Positions 7,945-15,680 of a stretch of 64,000 nt of DNA are shown here, piece after piece. The notes beneath the pieces were generated by a model. That model was not told the DNA's origin and made no database searches. It worked only from the letters and a program-made list of their open reading frames with translations. Both the position numbers and the translations under genes were made by a program. Source of the stretch: Escherichia phage vB_EcoM_LNA2; the sequence record MZ311865.1; one strand, written 5' to 3'. The first letter of the stretch is position 1. Each line of letters starts with the position of its first letter.

Positions 7945-8483
7945 TCTTTTATTTCCAGTAGTTTATTTGATTTAAGGTAATTAGCCTTTTCTAGGACTTC
8001 AGAAGCATATTTACTTCCAGCACTTGTCTTCCATCCCGCATTGTATGAGGATATAGCTTTTCTTATATCCCCATTATGTATATTTAACCAATAAGAAAAT
8101 TCGATATAAGCCCATCTGGTTGAATTAGACCGCTTAGATAGCATTTTCTTAATTTGGGCATCAGTCATATTATAACCAAGCTGGTTAATTCTTGCCCTCA
8201 TTGTTGGTAGATAATTTTGGAACATTCCATACGCATGGTGACCTTTCTTATCTTTAAGATTAATACCAGCAGATGATTCCTGCCATAGTATTGCGGCCAT
8301 TATGTATCCAAGTCCTTTCTTATGCATATTTTCATGCGTTTTAAATTTTCCATCCTTAGAAAACTGTTCCCCAAACTGATAAGCATAATTCAAGTTATCG
8401 AGTTGGACATTACTAAAAGTATGCTCGGAGCTATGTGCTGATAATGAAAGAGCAAATAGACCAGCGAGTAGTGCTTTTCTCAT
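7941..8483 (-). CDS. exported lytic-transglycosylase-like (SLT-type) protein
   Basis: Signal peptide MRKALLAGLFALSLSA; ILWQESSAG...GMFQ and SYNAG motifs resemble the catalytic Glu-Ser and GLMQ/AYNAG motifs of soluble lytic transglycosylases. Confidence 0.55.
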   Translation of the reverse strand: MRKALLAGLFALSLSAHSSEHTFSNVQLDNLNYAYQFGEQFSKDGKFKTHENMHKKGLGYIMAAILWQESSAGINLKDKKGHHAYGMFQNYLPTMRARINQLGYNMTDAQIKKMLSKRSNSTRWAYIEFSYWLNIHNGDIRKAISSYNAGWKTSAGSKYASEVLEKANYLKSNKLLEIKE

Positions 8484-8491
8484 GTTTACCT

Positions 8492-8950
8492 CTAGATTTT
8501 AATCACTGCTTTAGAAGCTTTTCCTGGTAGTCGTTTATTGTTAATAATAGCCATTCTGCATTGAAGAGTCTTCATTTTGAATGCCGGATTTTCGCGACAA
8601 ACTGTAAGTCCTAACCAAAGATTTCCATCAGTTATTTCTAAACGGCCTGGGCGATATTCGACACCTTCGACAAAATCTTCATCAACATCTGGACGTGCCG
8701 GCATTGATAAAAATTCTGCAACTTCTTTAACATGATTTTTTACTTTACGAAATAATTCAAAAACGTAATTCTCATCTATTTCTCTCTGGATGGCACGATC
8801 TAAGAGATGTTGAGAATACTTGATATGAAAGCCTGGTAGTCCAAGAGACTTTGCAGCATCTTTTATACTGGCATTTATTTTGCGGAACTCCGTTTCAAAG
8901 ATTCGACGGAGTTTATTGCGGCGGATAAAAACGTCTGAATTGATAGTCAT
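8492..8950 (-). CDS. regB: RegB-like sequence-specific endoribonuclease
   Basis: Translation MTINSDVFIRRNKLRR...YSQHLLDRAIQREIDE...GVEYRPGRLEITDGNLWLG... closely resembles T4 RegB as recalled; strong early promoter at 8979-9007. Confidence 0.85.
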   Translation of the reverse strand: MTINSDVFIRRNKLRRIFETEFRKINASIKDAAKSLGLPGFHIKYSQHLLDRAIQREIDENYVFELFRKVKNHVKEVAEFLSMPARPDVDEDFVEGVEYRPGRLEITDGNLWLGLTVCRENPAFKMKTLQCRMAIINNKRLPGKASKAVIKI

Positions 8951-8978
8951 TTTGATTTCTCCTCTAGTTGACAGGTCT

Positions 8979-9007
8979 ATAGTAACACAACTAGAGGAGA
9001 AGTAAAC
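8979..9007 (-). promoter_or_regulatory. T4-type early promoter (regB)
   Basis: Minus strand GTTTAC, 17 bp, TACTAT, about 30 nt upstream of the regB ATG. Confidence 0.6.
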
Positions 9008-9306
9008 TACTCTTTGAAAGGAATTAACTTTTTAACTGCTTTAGATACTTCGTCACGAACCTGGTGGAAGTTCTTGAGCTGTTCAAGGCGTTGTTCGTAA
9101 TACGCAATCTCATCTTCTTCAAGACAATCGTCAGCGTCTTCTTTCAGATATGCCTTGTACTCATTAAAGAGGGCCCATAGGCGATTCTCAAAGTCATCAA
9201 GGCTTTGAATTTTCTTGTGCTTCGGAACAAGGCCAAAAGGATTGCTTTCAGTTATGCGTCGAGATGCTTCATAATGAGTTCCAAAGCCTGATAGGATTTG
9301 AGCCAT
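9007..9306 (-). CDS. hypothetical protein (99 aa)
   Basis: Track ORF 9007..9348; ATG at 9306 preceded by GAGGAAAAA is preferred (MAQILSGFG...). Confidence 0.5.
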   Translation of the reverse strand: MAQILSGFGTHYEASRRITESNPFGLVPKHKKIQSLDDFENRLWALFNEYKAYLKEDADDCLEEDEIAYYEQRLEQLKNFHQVRDEVSKAVKKLIPFKE

Positions 9307-9572
9307 TAGTATTTTTCCTCTGGTTGAAATACCGCACGACAAGCCCACATACTAGCTTCTTTTAGATGTTGCTTAGCATACTTAAGAGCCTGCACTGCAT
9401 CCATATCTTCTTTGGTTTGTTGCTCTGTTTCATTTTCTTTTAAGATATATGCTTCTTCAATCAGAGCATCAAACATCAATCCAAGACGGACTTCTGCATC
9501 TTTAATAGCGTTCACTTTACTGATTTTATCGTCGGTATGTGGCTTGTAGCCTTTAATATCTTCAATCGACAT
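9306..9572 (-). CDS. hypothetical protein (88 aa)
   Basis: Track ORF 9306..9740; ATG at 9572 preceded by GAGGAAA ([10 protein letters not shown]...) is preferred because the longer form overlaps the upstream gene. Confidence 0.45.
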   Translation of the reverse strand: MSIEDIKGYKPHTDDKISKVNAIKDAEVRLGLMFDALIEEAYILKENETEQQTKEDMDAVQALKYAKQHLKEASMWACRAVFQPEEKY

Positions 9573-9786
9573 AAGGAATTTCCTCATCTGTGGCAAAGTC
9601 ATATTCGACCAATTGGATAGGCTCATTAATACCATATCCACGTACAGTGATATCAGTTGTCGGATAGTTTCCAGTAATATCACCCATTCTAAATGCTTCA
9701 ATGAATGATTGCTCGCCTGAGCAACTAAACCAGGCGGCAAAACATTTTAAAACATCTTCAGACCCTTCTATAATCAATTTAGCCAT
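9562..9786 (-). CDS. hypothetical acidic protein (74 aa)
   Basis: ORF track; start codon overlaps the stop of the GrcA-like gene. Confidence 0.45.
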   Translation of the reverse strand: MAKLIIEGSEDVLKCFAAWFSCSGEQSFIEAFRMGDITGNYPTTDITVRGYGINEPIQLVEYDFATDEEIPYVD

Positions 9787-10148
9787 TATAGACTCTCGGT
9801 AAAGGTACGAGCGATAACGTCGCGCTGCTGTTCCGGAGTCAGAGAGTTAAAGCGAACTGCATAACCTGATACACGGATGGTCAGCTGCGGATATTTTTCC
9901 GGATGCTTAACTGCATCTTCCAGAGTTTCACGACGCAGAACGTTAACGTTCAGGTGTTGACCACCTTCAATTTTAACTTTAGGTTGATGTTCAATTTCAA
10001 TTTCACGAGCATTCAAACCGTAGAAAATTTCTGGGTCTACAATAGAGTCTTCTTTAAAAGTCTTAGAGACAATAATCCGGGCTTGAGTACCGTCTTCAAA
10101 ATAAATAGTGCCTTTATGTGCACCTTCAAGAATTTGATATGCTTTCAT
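9786..10148 (-). CDS. autonomous glycyl radical cofactor (GrcA/YfiD-like, PFL C-terminal glycyl radical domain)
   Basis: C-terminal [59 protein letters not shown] carries the RVSGYAV glycyl-radical signature and is essentially identical to enterobacterial GrcA as recalled. Confidence 0.85.
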   Translation of the reverse strand: MKAYQILEGAHKGTIYFEDGTQARIIVSKTFKEDSIVDPEIFYGLNAREIEIEHQPKVKIEGGQHLNVNVLRRETLEDAVKHPEKYPQLTIRVSGYAVRFNSLTPEQQRDVIARTFTESL

Positions 10149-10154
10149 ATAACC

Positions 10155-10463
10155 TCAATTAGAAAATAAATTTATCCAAGATTGTTCTTTAATCAAAAAT
10201 GGGTCAGAATTAAACGCCATTAAACTTTGAGTGATTAATCCCTTAATTGGCCCATCAATAAATTCCATTTTGAAATGCGGAATACTAGTCATCAACCGTG
10301 CATTAGGAGCAGTACAAAGAACCTGCTGACCTGCGAACGGACCTTTAGTCAAACGATATCGTTTAGGTTTAAAATGGTAAATCTCGTAATTTTCTACAAG
10401 GGCCCTTTTATTGCATACTGGGCTGTTATAACAATATTCAAAAACTTCAATAGTGGACATCAT
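10155..10463 (-). CDS. hypothetical protein (102 aa)
   Basis: ORF track; 4-nt overlap with the upstream gene. Confidence 0.45.
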   Translation of the reverse strand: MMSTIEVFEYCYNSPVCNKRALVENYEIYHFKPKRYRLTKGPFAGQQVLCTAPNARLMTSIPHFKMEFIDGPIKGLITQSLMAFNSDPFLIKEQSWINLFSN

Positions 10464-10999
10464 TGCATTCCAATCACAAAAAATTGAGGACGAGCATTAC
10501 CGCCGATGCAATATTTGCTTTTGCAACAGTGTTGGACTGTTTTAATATGGACATTGTAAATCTTATCCATATCAGGAGCTTTAATAGGCTCGTCAATTAT
10601 GTACAGAATACGAGAAAGCGTTAATCCACGGAATTTATGTCCTTCATTACCAATAAAACTACGGACAGAATCAGTAAATAAACGGAATCGAATATCATCG
10701 CTAGAATATCGAGAAAATTCTTTTTCAATGTTGCCAGCAGAAATTTTAGCATAAGCTGAAGTATTAGAAAGAACAATAACTGTTCCACCATCATACAGCC
10801 AATTAGCAGCAAAATTAGTTACTGCGGTCGATTTACCTGATTGTCTGCCACCGTCTAAACGAAGTGTACAGTACTGCTTGAGTACGTCTTCAAATGGCGG
10901 GACATAACCGTTCTTACAAATTTCTTCTACTCTAGCATCAGAATGGTGTGTAAAAGCATTCATCAGGGATAGATAAGGACCAGTTAAAAATGTTCTCAT
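10460..10999 (-). CDS. hypothetical P-loop-containing protein (179 aa)
   Basis: Walker-A-like GGRQSGKST in translation. Confidence 0.5.
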   Translation of the reverse strand: MRTFLTGPYLSLMNAFTHHSDARVEEICKNGYVPPFEDVLKQYCTLRLDGGRQSGKSTAVTNFAANWLYDGGTVIVLSNTSAYAKISAGNIEKEFSRYSSDDIRFRLFTDSVRSFIGNEGHKFRGLTLSRILYIIDEPIKAPDMDKIYNVHIKTVQHCCKSKYCIGGNARPQFFVIGMQ

Positions 11000-11172
11000 T
11001 TAGTTTCTCTTAAGGTTGGGGCCATTCCGTGGCACATGTTAGGTCCTTCGACTCGCTATGTAAACCCATTACCGCACTTGGGCTCGACCTTGTTACAGGT
11101 TGGAAAAGGTACATCACTCAGAGGACTCGACGTTCATGAGGAGAGGTTGCGCTTCCCTTTATTAGGCAAGAA

Positions 11173-11502
11173 TTATACTCTAGGCTTTTGAGCTTGTTTG
11201 GTATTGGATTCCCATGCGGCTTTGGTAATTTTGTTAGCGGCATAACCAAAGGCATTAGATAGAACACCTTTAGAGTTGAATACATCCAATCCAATAAGTA
11301 CACCGGCTGTGTTAAATTTAGGAGCAAAGTACGCATTAGTTTTAGAAAGAACTTTTTTCAATTCAGGGTCTTGAACCAAGTCATCAAAAACGCCTTTACT
11401 ATTTACTTTATATGTTACTTTGGGATTTTTACCTTCTTCGATAGCAGCTTTCTGTTCCGCAGATAATGTAACTTCAGTGATAAACTCCTGATATGTTTTC
11501 AT
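11173..11502 (-). CDS. internal-protein-family protein with capsid-targeting leader (109 aa)
   Basis: N-terminus MKTYQEFITE matches the T4 internal-protein capsid targeting sequence (cleaved by the gp21 prohead protease after the Glu). Confidence 0.7.
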   Translation of the reverse strand: MKTYQEFITEVTLSAEQKAAIEEGKNPKVTYKVNSKGVFDDLVQDPELKKVLSKTNAYFAPKFNTAGVLIGLDVFNSKGVLSNAFGYAANKITKAAWESNTKQAQKPRV

Positions 11503-11527
11503 TTTGTTCCTATTGTTTTAATTTATG

Positions 11528-11842
11528 TTATTCTTTAGGGAAGTTTTTAGAGTATGCATCATAAAGTTTATTACCAATACGGCGGAAGACTTTAGCTGCA
11601 AAACGGTTTTCAGGGTTTTTAATCATGATTTGCATCATGTAAGTTCCTGCATCCGAAAGAGCTTCTTCATAGTACCCATTAATTTCTTTAAGAGTCCTAC
11701 GTTTACCGCCAGGACCGTCAACAGTAATTTTCCATTTACCTGTAGAAGTGCGGCTCGGTGGCTCAACTTGTTCAATCCAAATATAACCGCCTTCAACGCG
11801 TTGGTTGGCGGATTCTGCAATAAATTCTTTATACGTTTTCAT
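11528..11842 (-). CDS. internal-protein-family protein with capsid-targeting leader (104 aa)
   Basis: N-terminus MKTYKEFIAE; early promoter at 11874-11903 with a perfect TATAAT. Confidence 0.7.
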   Translation of the reverse strand: MKTYKEFIAESANQRVEGGYIWIEQVEPPSRTSTGKWKITVDGPGGKRRTLKEINGYYEEALSDAGTYMMQIMIKNPENRFAAKVFRRIGNKLYDAYSKNFPKE

Positions 11843-11873
11843 TTTTTGTTTCCTTGTTTGTTTTGATAGAGTA

Positions 11874-11903
11874 ATTATACCATATTAATACTTAAGCGTA
11901 AAC
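11874..11903 (-). promoter_or_regulatory. T4-type early promoter
   Basis: Minus strand GTTTAC, 18 bp, perfect TATAAT; upstream of an internal-protein gene. Confidence 0.65.
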
Positions 11904-11906
11904 AAT

Positions 11907-12167
11907 TTAAGCTTTACCGCCAGAAATAATTCCGAAGTTGTTAAAATCGTATCCAATATCGTCAACATCTACTTTAGGGCTTGCTACAACATAAGCAATT
12001 TCACTACGTTTTGCATAGGTGTTGATTTCTTTACCATCGCCACCTAAGAAAGAATACCCATTACGTTTTAATGAGCCAAAGTCTTCCGCATCACCAATGA
12101 AAGCTTTAACTTTAAATTTAGGACCTTTGGCATCTGCTTCAATGATAAATTCTTGATACATTTTCAT
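11907..12167 (-). CDS. internal-protein-family protein with capsid-targeting leader (86 aa)
   Basis: N-terminus MKMYQEFIIE. Confidence 0.7.
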   Translation of the reverse strand: MKMYQEFIIEADAKGPKFKVKAFIGDAEDFGSLKRNGYSFLGGDGKEINTYAKRSEIAYVVASPKVDVDDIGYDFNNFGIISGGKA

Positions 12168-12173
12168 TTTTCC

Positions 12174-12587
12174 TTAGTAAATTGATTTACCATAGTATTT
12201 GTACCAAGTCGGACGTTGAGCAATTTTTTCATCTAAGCGTGCTTGACTTATCGCAATGGACGCTTCGGACGGGACGTAATTATTACGAAATTCTACAGGA
12301 ATGTCGGAAATATCCTGGACTGTCGTGTCCTTGATTTTGAAACCACGTTTCAAACATTCAGCGATTAGCTCGATTTGACGTAAACGTAAAAATTCGAGTT
12401 TATCGTAAAAGAATGTTACGTGACCTGTGCCTAAGATAAATGTTGGAGAGATTTTAAAATCCTTTACACGTTTACCGTTTTGAACATGTTTACGGACTGC
12501 ACCAAATACGCGTGGTAATTCACGATACTCAGCCATAAGATGTTGGTCGGACAGTTCAGAAACAAGTGTTAAATTGATACGAGTCAT
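12174..12587 (-). CDS. denV: endonuclease V (pyrimidine dimer DNA glycosylase)
   Basis: Translation from the ATG at 12587: [34 protein letters not shown]... closely resembles T4 DenV as recalled; GGAGG RBS. Confidence 0.9.
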   Translation of the reverse strand: MTRINLTLVSELSDQHLMAEYRELPRVFGAVRKHVQNGKRVKDFKISPTFILGTGHVTFFYDKLEFLRLRQIELIAECLKRGFKIKDTTVQDISDIPVEFRNNYVPSEASIAISQARLDEKIAQRPTWYKYYGKSIY

Positions 12588-12614
12588 AATTTCCTCCAAG
12601 TAGTTGATGAATGT

Positions 12615-12644
12615 ATAGTATCAAAACCCCTGGAGGAAGTAAAC
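12615..12644 (-). promoter_or_regulatory. T4-type early promoter (denV)
   Basis: Minus strand GTTTAC, 18 bp, TACTAT. Confidence 0.6.
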
Positions 12645-12645
12645 A

Positions 12646-12927
12646 CTATTTTTCTGAAGCGCCTGAAATATATTTTTCAAGACGTTGTTTCATCAGCGAG
12701 CCGTTCTTAGCGATTTCTTCTGGTTTATCGCACATACGCAACAAGGCTTCAAGCTTAGCGATATCGCTGGTACGTTCAAATTTGCGAGTATCTATCTTAC
12801 TAGCAAGTTCAGAAATACGTGCTAATAGACTTTCAGCTTCAACCAAAGCTGCACCTAGCTTAGTTGCAAATGTGTCAGTAGCTTCGTTAAGAATAGATTC
12901 TGATAAAAATTCACTATATGTTTTCAT
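12646..12927 (-). CDS. internal-protein-family protein with capsid-targeting leader (93 aa)
   Basis: From the ATG at 12927: [10 protein letters not shown]...; its start overlaps the e stop (ATGA). Confidence 0.65.
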   Translation of the reverse strand: MKTYSEFLSESILNEATDTFATKLGAALVEAESLLARISELASKIDTRKFERTSDIAKLEALLRMCDKPEEIAKNGSLMKQRLEKYISGASEK

Positions 12928-13412
12928 ATATACGCTTTCCAAGTTCCTGTTTTAAATGTTGAGATTACGCGTTTCGCGCGATTAGGTGTCTGACGATACC
13001 ATTTAGATTGGGCTAGATTTGCTGCCGCTTCATCCCAACGTTTCTGTTTAAGCATACGAAGAGAATTAGTAAAACCGGCGACTCCTGCTACACCCATTTG
13101 GAAGACCATATTGACCAATGCACACCGACGAACTGCATCTAAAGAATCATATACCGGTTTAAGTTTAGCATTACCCAAGATTCCGCGGACGGCTTTATCA
13201 ACGTCTTCATTAAATAGCTTTTCAGCCTCATCAAGGGTAATTGTACCGTTGCATTTACGACCGATCATTCTGTCAAGTTCAGCTTTAGCTACGGCTAAAG
13301 ACGGGTTCTTTGTTACTAAATGGCCTATGCCAATCGTCCAAAAGCCTTCAGTGTCTTTGTATAAAGTCAGTCTAAGACCTTCGTCATTACGAAGCATTTC
13401 AAATATATTCAT
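12924..13412 (-). CDS. e: lysozyme (endolysin), T4 e-type
   Basis: From the ATG at 13412: [32 protein letters not shown]... closely resembles T4 lysozyme as recalled, with catalytic Glu11/Asp20 context conserved; SD sits in a hairpin. Confidence 0.9.
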   Translation of the reverse strand: MNIFEMLRNDEGLRLTLYKDTEGFWTIGIGHLVTKNPSLAVAKAELDRMIGRKCNGTITLDEAEKLFNEDVDKAVRGILGNAKLKPVYDSLDAVRRCALVNMVFQMGVAGVAGFTNSLRMLKQKRWDEAAANLAQSKWYRQTPNRAKRVISTFKTGTWKAYI

Positions 13413-13413
13413 A

Positions 13414-13439
13414 ATACCTCCCACGTTTATAGGAGGTAT
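13414..13439 (-). promoter_or_regulatory. RBS-sequestering hairpin in the e (lysozyme) leader
   Basis: 8-bp inverted repeat atacctcc / ggaggtat with a 10-nt loop; the GGAGG Shine-Dalgarno forms one arm, and the ATG follows 1 nt after the stem. Confidence 0.55.
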
Positions 13440-13446
13440 TTATTAC

Positions 13447-13905
13447 TTATAGGAGGGTAGTGAGCACCTTATATAATGATTTGCCCATTACATATTCCCA
13501 TTGAGAAGGTTTAATTAAAGCGAATGCATCAAATTCAGGAATCTGTCGTCCGTCCGGGAATGTATGATAGGAATTACAAACACTGTTTCTGAATTGCTCG
13601 TGCTCTACAGGGATGGTATATAGGAACAGATGAATATTCTTATTGTCTGAGTAATTATGTTCACCTAGGTCTTTCAGGAAGGCAGGGTCATATTGTGTAA
13701 ACCCAGTTTCTTCTTCGCATTCACGAATAGCGGCTTCGATAGGAGATTCACCCGGCTCGACACGTCCTTTAGGAATATCCCACCGATGAGCTAATGCACC
13801 TTTAGGACGAGAACCAGTTACACGCCCCATGAATAACTCTTTATCTTTTGTCATGAAGATAATACCAGCTGATATCTCTTTCACTTTATTTTTCTTACTC
13901 ATCAT
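13447..13905 (-). CDS. nudE: Nudix hydrolase
   Basis: Nudix box GRVEPGESPIEAAIRECEEETGF in translation; position after e as in T4. Confidence 0.8.
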   Translation of the reverse strand: MMSKKNKVKEISAGIIFMTKDKELFMGRVTGSRPKGALAHRWDIPKGRVEPGESPIEAAIRECEEETGFTQYDPAFLKDLGEHNYSDNKNIHLFLYTIPVEHEQFRNSVCNSYHTFPDGRQIPEFDAFALIKPSQWEYVMGKSLYKVLTTLL

Positions 13906-14146
13906 CTCGGTCCCATGATTTGGCCATTAATTCGGACATAAATTCTTCAATGCGCGTTTCTTTAGATGGACTTTCACTATTAGAGACCGCAAGTTTGTAA
14001 TCTGCAATAGGACGGAACAAATCAAGGTCCGTATTAAGGTCGTCTTTGATTTTTTCTTCTGACACATCTTTATCATATGTGTACAGATAACTATCACATG
14101 ATTCTGATTTAATGTAAATTGCTATACTCATCTCAAATTCCTGCAT
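13895..14146 (-). CDS. hypothetical acidic protein (83 aa)
   Basis: ORF track; its ATG lies inside the ECR codons of the upstream gene. Confidence 0.45.
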   Translation of the reverse strand: MQEFEMSIAIYIKSESCDSYLYTYDKDVSEEKIKDDLNTDLDLFRPIADYKLAVSNSESPSKETRIEEFMSELMAKSWDRDDE

Positions 14147-14619
14147 TCGGTAATAAAACGTTCAACTTCATTATTCTTGGCTTTTATCTTGTCTTTATGT
14201 TCTTGTAAACTACTTTTAATAAGATTAATAATGATGGCGGCGGTACCGCCGCCAATGATGCCACCAACAACACTTATGATACTAGATGCTAATAAGATAG
14301 CAATAATATCAACAAAACCGAAAGAACTCACCTTAGTACTAAAAAACCACACTGACGGTACAAATATAATCCATCCTGTTATCCATTGGCACTTATTGAA
14401 AAACTTTTCAAGCTCAGCTTGAGTTGTTCGTATTACTTCATCGATAGGTTGATATCCGTTAATGTATCTGTTCACAATAATACCTGCTGGCTGGTCGATT
14501 TTAAATGCTTGACAATGACGTTTCACTAAGTAGGATGGACATCCTGTCCAATCTATAGAATAATATGAAGTACCTTCGTCGTCATCGTCCATGTTTGCCC
14601 AGTGAATTTTATGTATCAT
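14128..14619 (-). CDS. membrane protein with C-terminal TM segments and FITECR tail motif (163 aa)
   Basis: Hydrophobic segments near the C-terminus (WIIFVPSVWFF, IIAILLASSIISVVGGIIGGG) and tail ...ERFITECRNLR shared with paralogues. Confidence 0.5.
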   Translation of the reverse strand: MIHKIHWANMDDDDEGTSYYSIDWTGCPSYLVKRHCQAFKIDQPAGIIVNRYINGYQPIDEVIRTTQAELEKFFNKCQWITGWIIFVPSVWFFSTKVSSFGFVDIIAILLASSIISVVGGIIGGGTAAIIINLIKSSLQEHKDKIKAKNNEVERFITECRNLR

Positions 14620-15305
14620 TACCAGCCTTCCATAGGGAATTCCAGATAAACTTGAGCATTGACACGAATTTCATTGGTAATCTTTTTAACTCGGTCTGTA
14701 TTACGAGATACACGTCCGAACCAACGCCATCCGTTACTAATTGCACGAGAACCAGTGTGCCATGTTTGCCAATCAAACTGAAGAAGAGTACGATCTGGAG
14801 CTTCCCATTTCTCTAGTTCACCTTTTTCATTTTTTTCGAGGACTTCTTTGTGCCACTGGCGATAGATAAGTTCGCCATCAGGAATCTGACTGAACTCCGC
14901 AGTTCCTGTTGCAAAATGAGTAGGACACACATCAGCGTTAACAAGACCAAGAATATGTTCAGAATGGTAACGAGGGTTGTCATAGTCAGGTTGTCCTGCA
15001 GTAATAAAGTGTTGACCTACCGGAATATCCGGGCGTGGTACGTCGTCATGGTGATAGCCTGGGATTGCAGGATACCAACCAGGCATCAGCATGTGGACTC
15101 GTGAATCAAATACAACCTGGTCGGTGTTCCAATCATCCGGCAAGTTCATGATGAAGCTGCGAGTAATAGGACCGCCGTTATTATAAGCAAATTCTAAACT
15201 ACAGTTGAAGAACATAGGCTCGTTCTTGATTTTATCATTAGAAATACCGCCGGCAAAACCACCTACTGCACGAGCTTGACTATTAAACACTTTAGAACTA
15301 TTCAT
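14619..15305 (-). CDS. hypothetical protein (228 aa), His/Asp-rich
   Basis: ORF track; GYHHDD and HxxxH-like clusters in translation; function not assignable. Confidence 0.5.
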   Translation of the reverse strand: MNSSKVFNSQARAVGGFAGGISNDKIKNEPMFFNCSLEFAYNNGGPITRSFIMNLPDDWNTDQVVFDSRVHMLMPGWYPAIPGYHHDDVPRPDIPVGQHFITAGQPDYDNPRYHSEHILGLVNADVCPTHFATGTAEFSQIPDGELIYRQWHKEVLEKNEKGELEKWEAPDRTLLQFDWQTWHTGSRAISNGWRWFGRVSRNTDRVKKITNEIRVNAQVYLEFPMEGW

Positions 15306-15306
15306 A

Positions 15307-15612
15307 TTATTTTCCTCGACATTCTTTAATGAAATTTTCTAGATTGGTAGATTCAATAGCTTTTTTACGAGCTTCTGCGTGTTCTTCTTCGGACAATTTA
15401 CGTTTATAATTGACCCAGACATTATGGTCGAAACCAGTCGTGGCATATAATATCAAAGCTCCGACGAATAATAAAAACGGTGATAAAAATATACAACCAG
15501 GAACACCATCCATATCGTAAGCCTTTTGTAATACTGCAACAGAAAGAGTTACGTAAAAAGGTGATGCAAGTATTGTTAAAAGACCAATTCGGTTGGTTTC
15601 TGTTAATTTCAT
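15307..15612 (-). CDS. small membrane protein with C-terminal ENFIKECR motif (101 aa)
   Basis: Two hydrophobic helices; tail ...LENFIKECRGK; early promoter at 15639-15668. Confidence 0.55.
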   Translation of the reverse strand: MKLTETNRIGLLTILASPFYVTLSVAVLQKAYDMDGVPGCIFLSPFLLFVGALILYATTGFDHNVWVNYKRKLSEEEHAEARKKAIESTNLENFIKECRGK

Positions 15613-15638
15613 AATATTCTCCTCAAGTTGATAGGACT

Positions 15639-15668
15639 ACTATAACATAGTCCTATAATTGTGTAAAC
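15639..15668 (-). promoter_or_regulatory. T4-type early promoter with palindrome
   Basis: GTTTAC, 18 bp, TATAGT inside the same ataggactactataacatagtcctat palindrome. Confidence 0.6.
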
Positions 15669-15680
15669 AGTTTTGTGAAG

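Noticed and set aside
11118-11336. 72-aa minus-strand ORF overlapping the 3' end of an internal-protein gene
   Set aside because: Out of frame with and overlapping a gene that has a clear capsid-targeting leader and RBS; no independent signals.
14619-15305. 2OG-Fe(II) oxygenase assignment for the His/Asp-rich 228-aa protein
   Set aside because: The HxD...H spacing could not be matched convincingly by eye; left as hypothetical.
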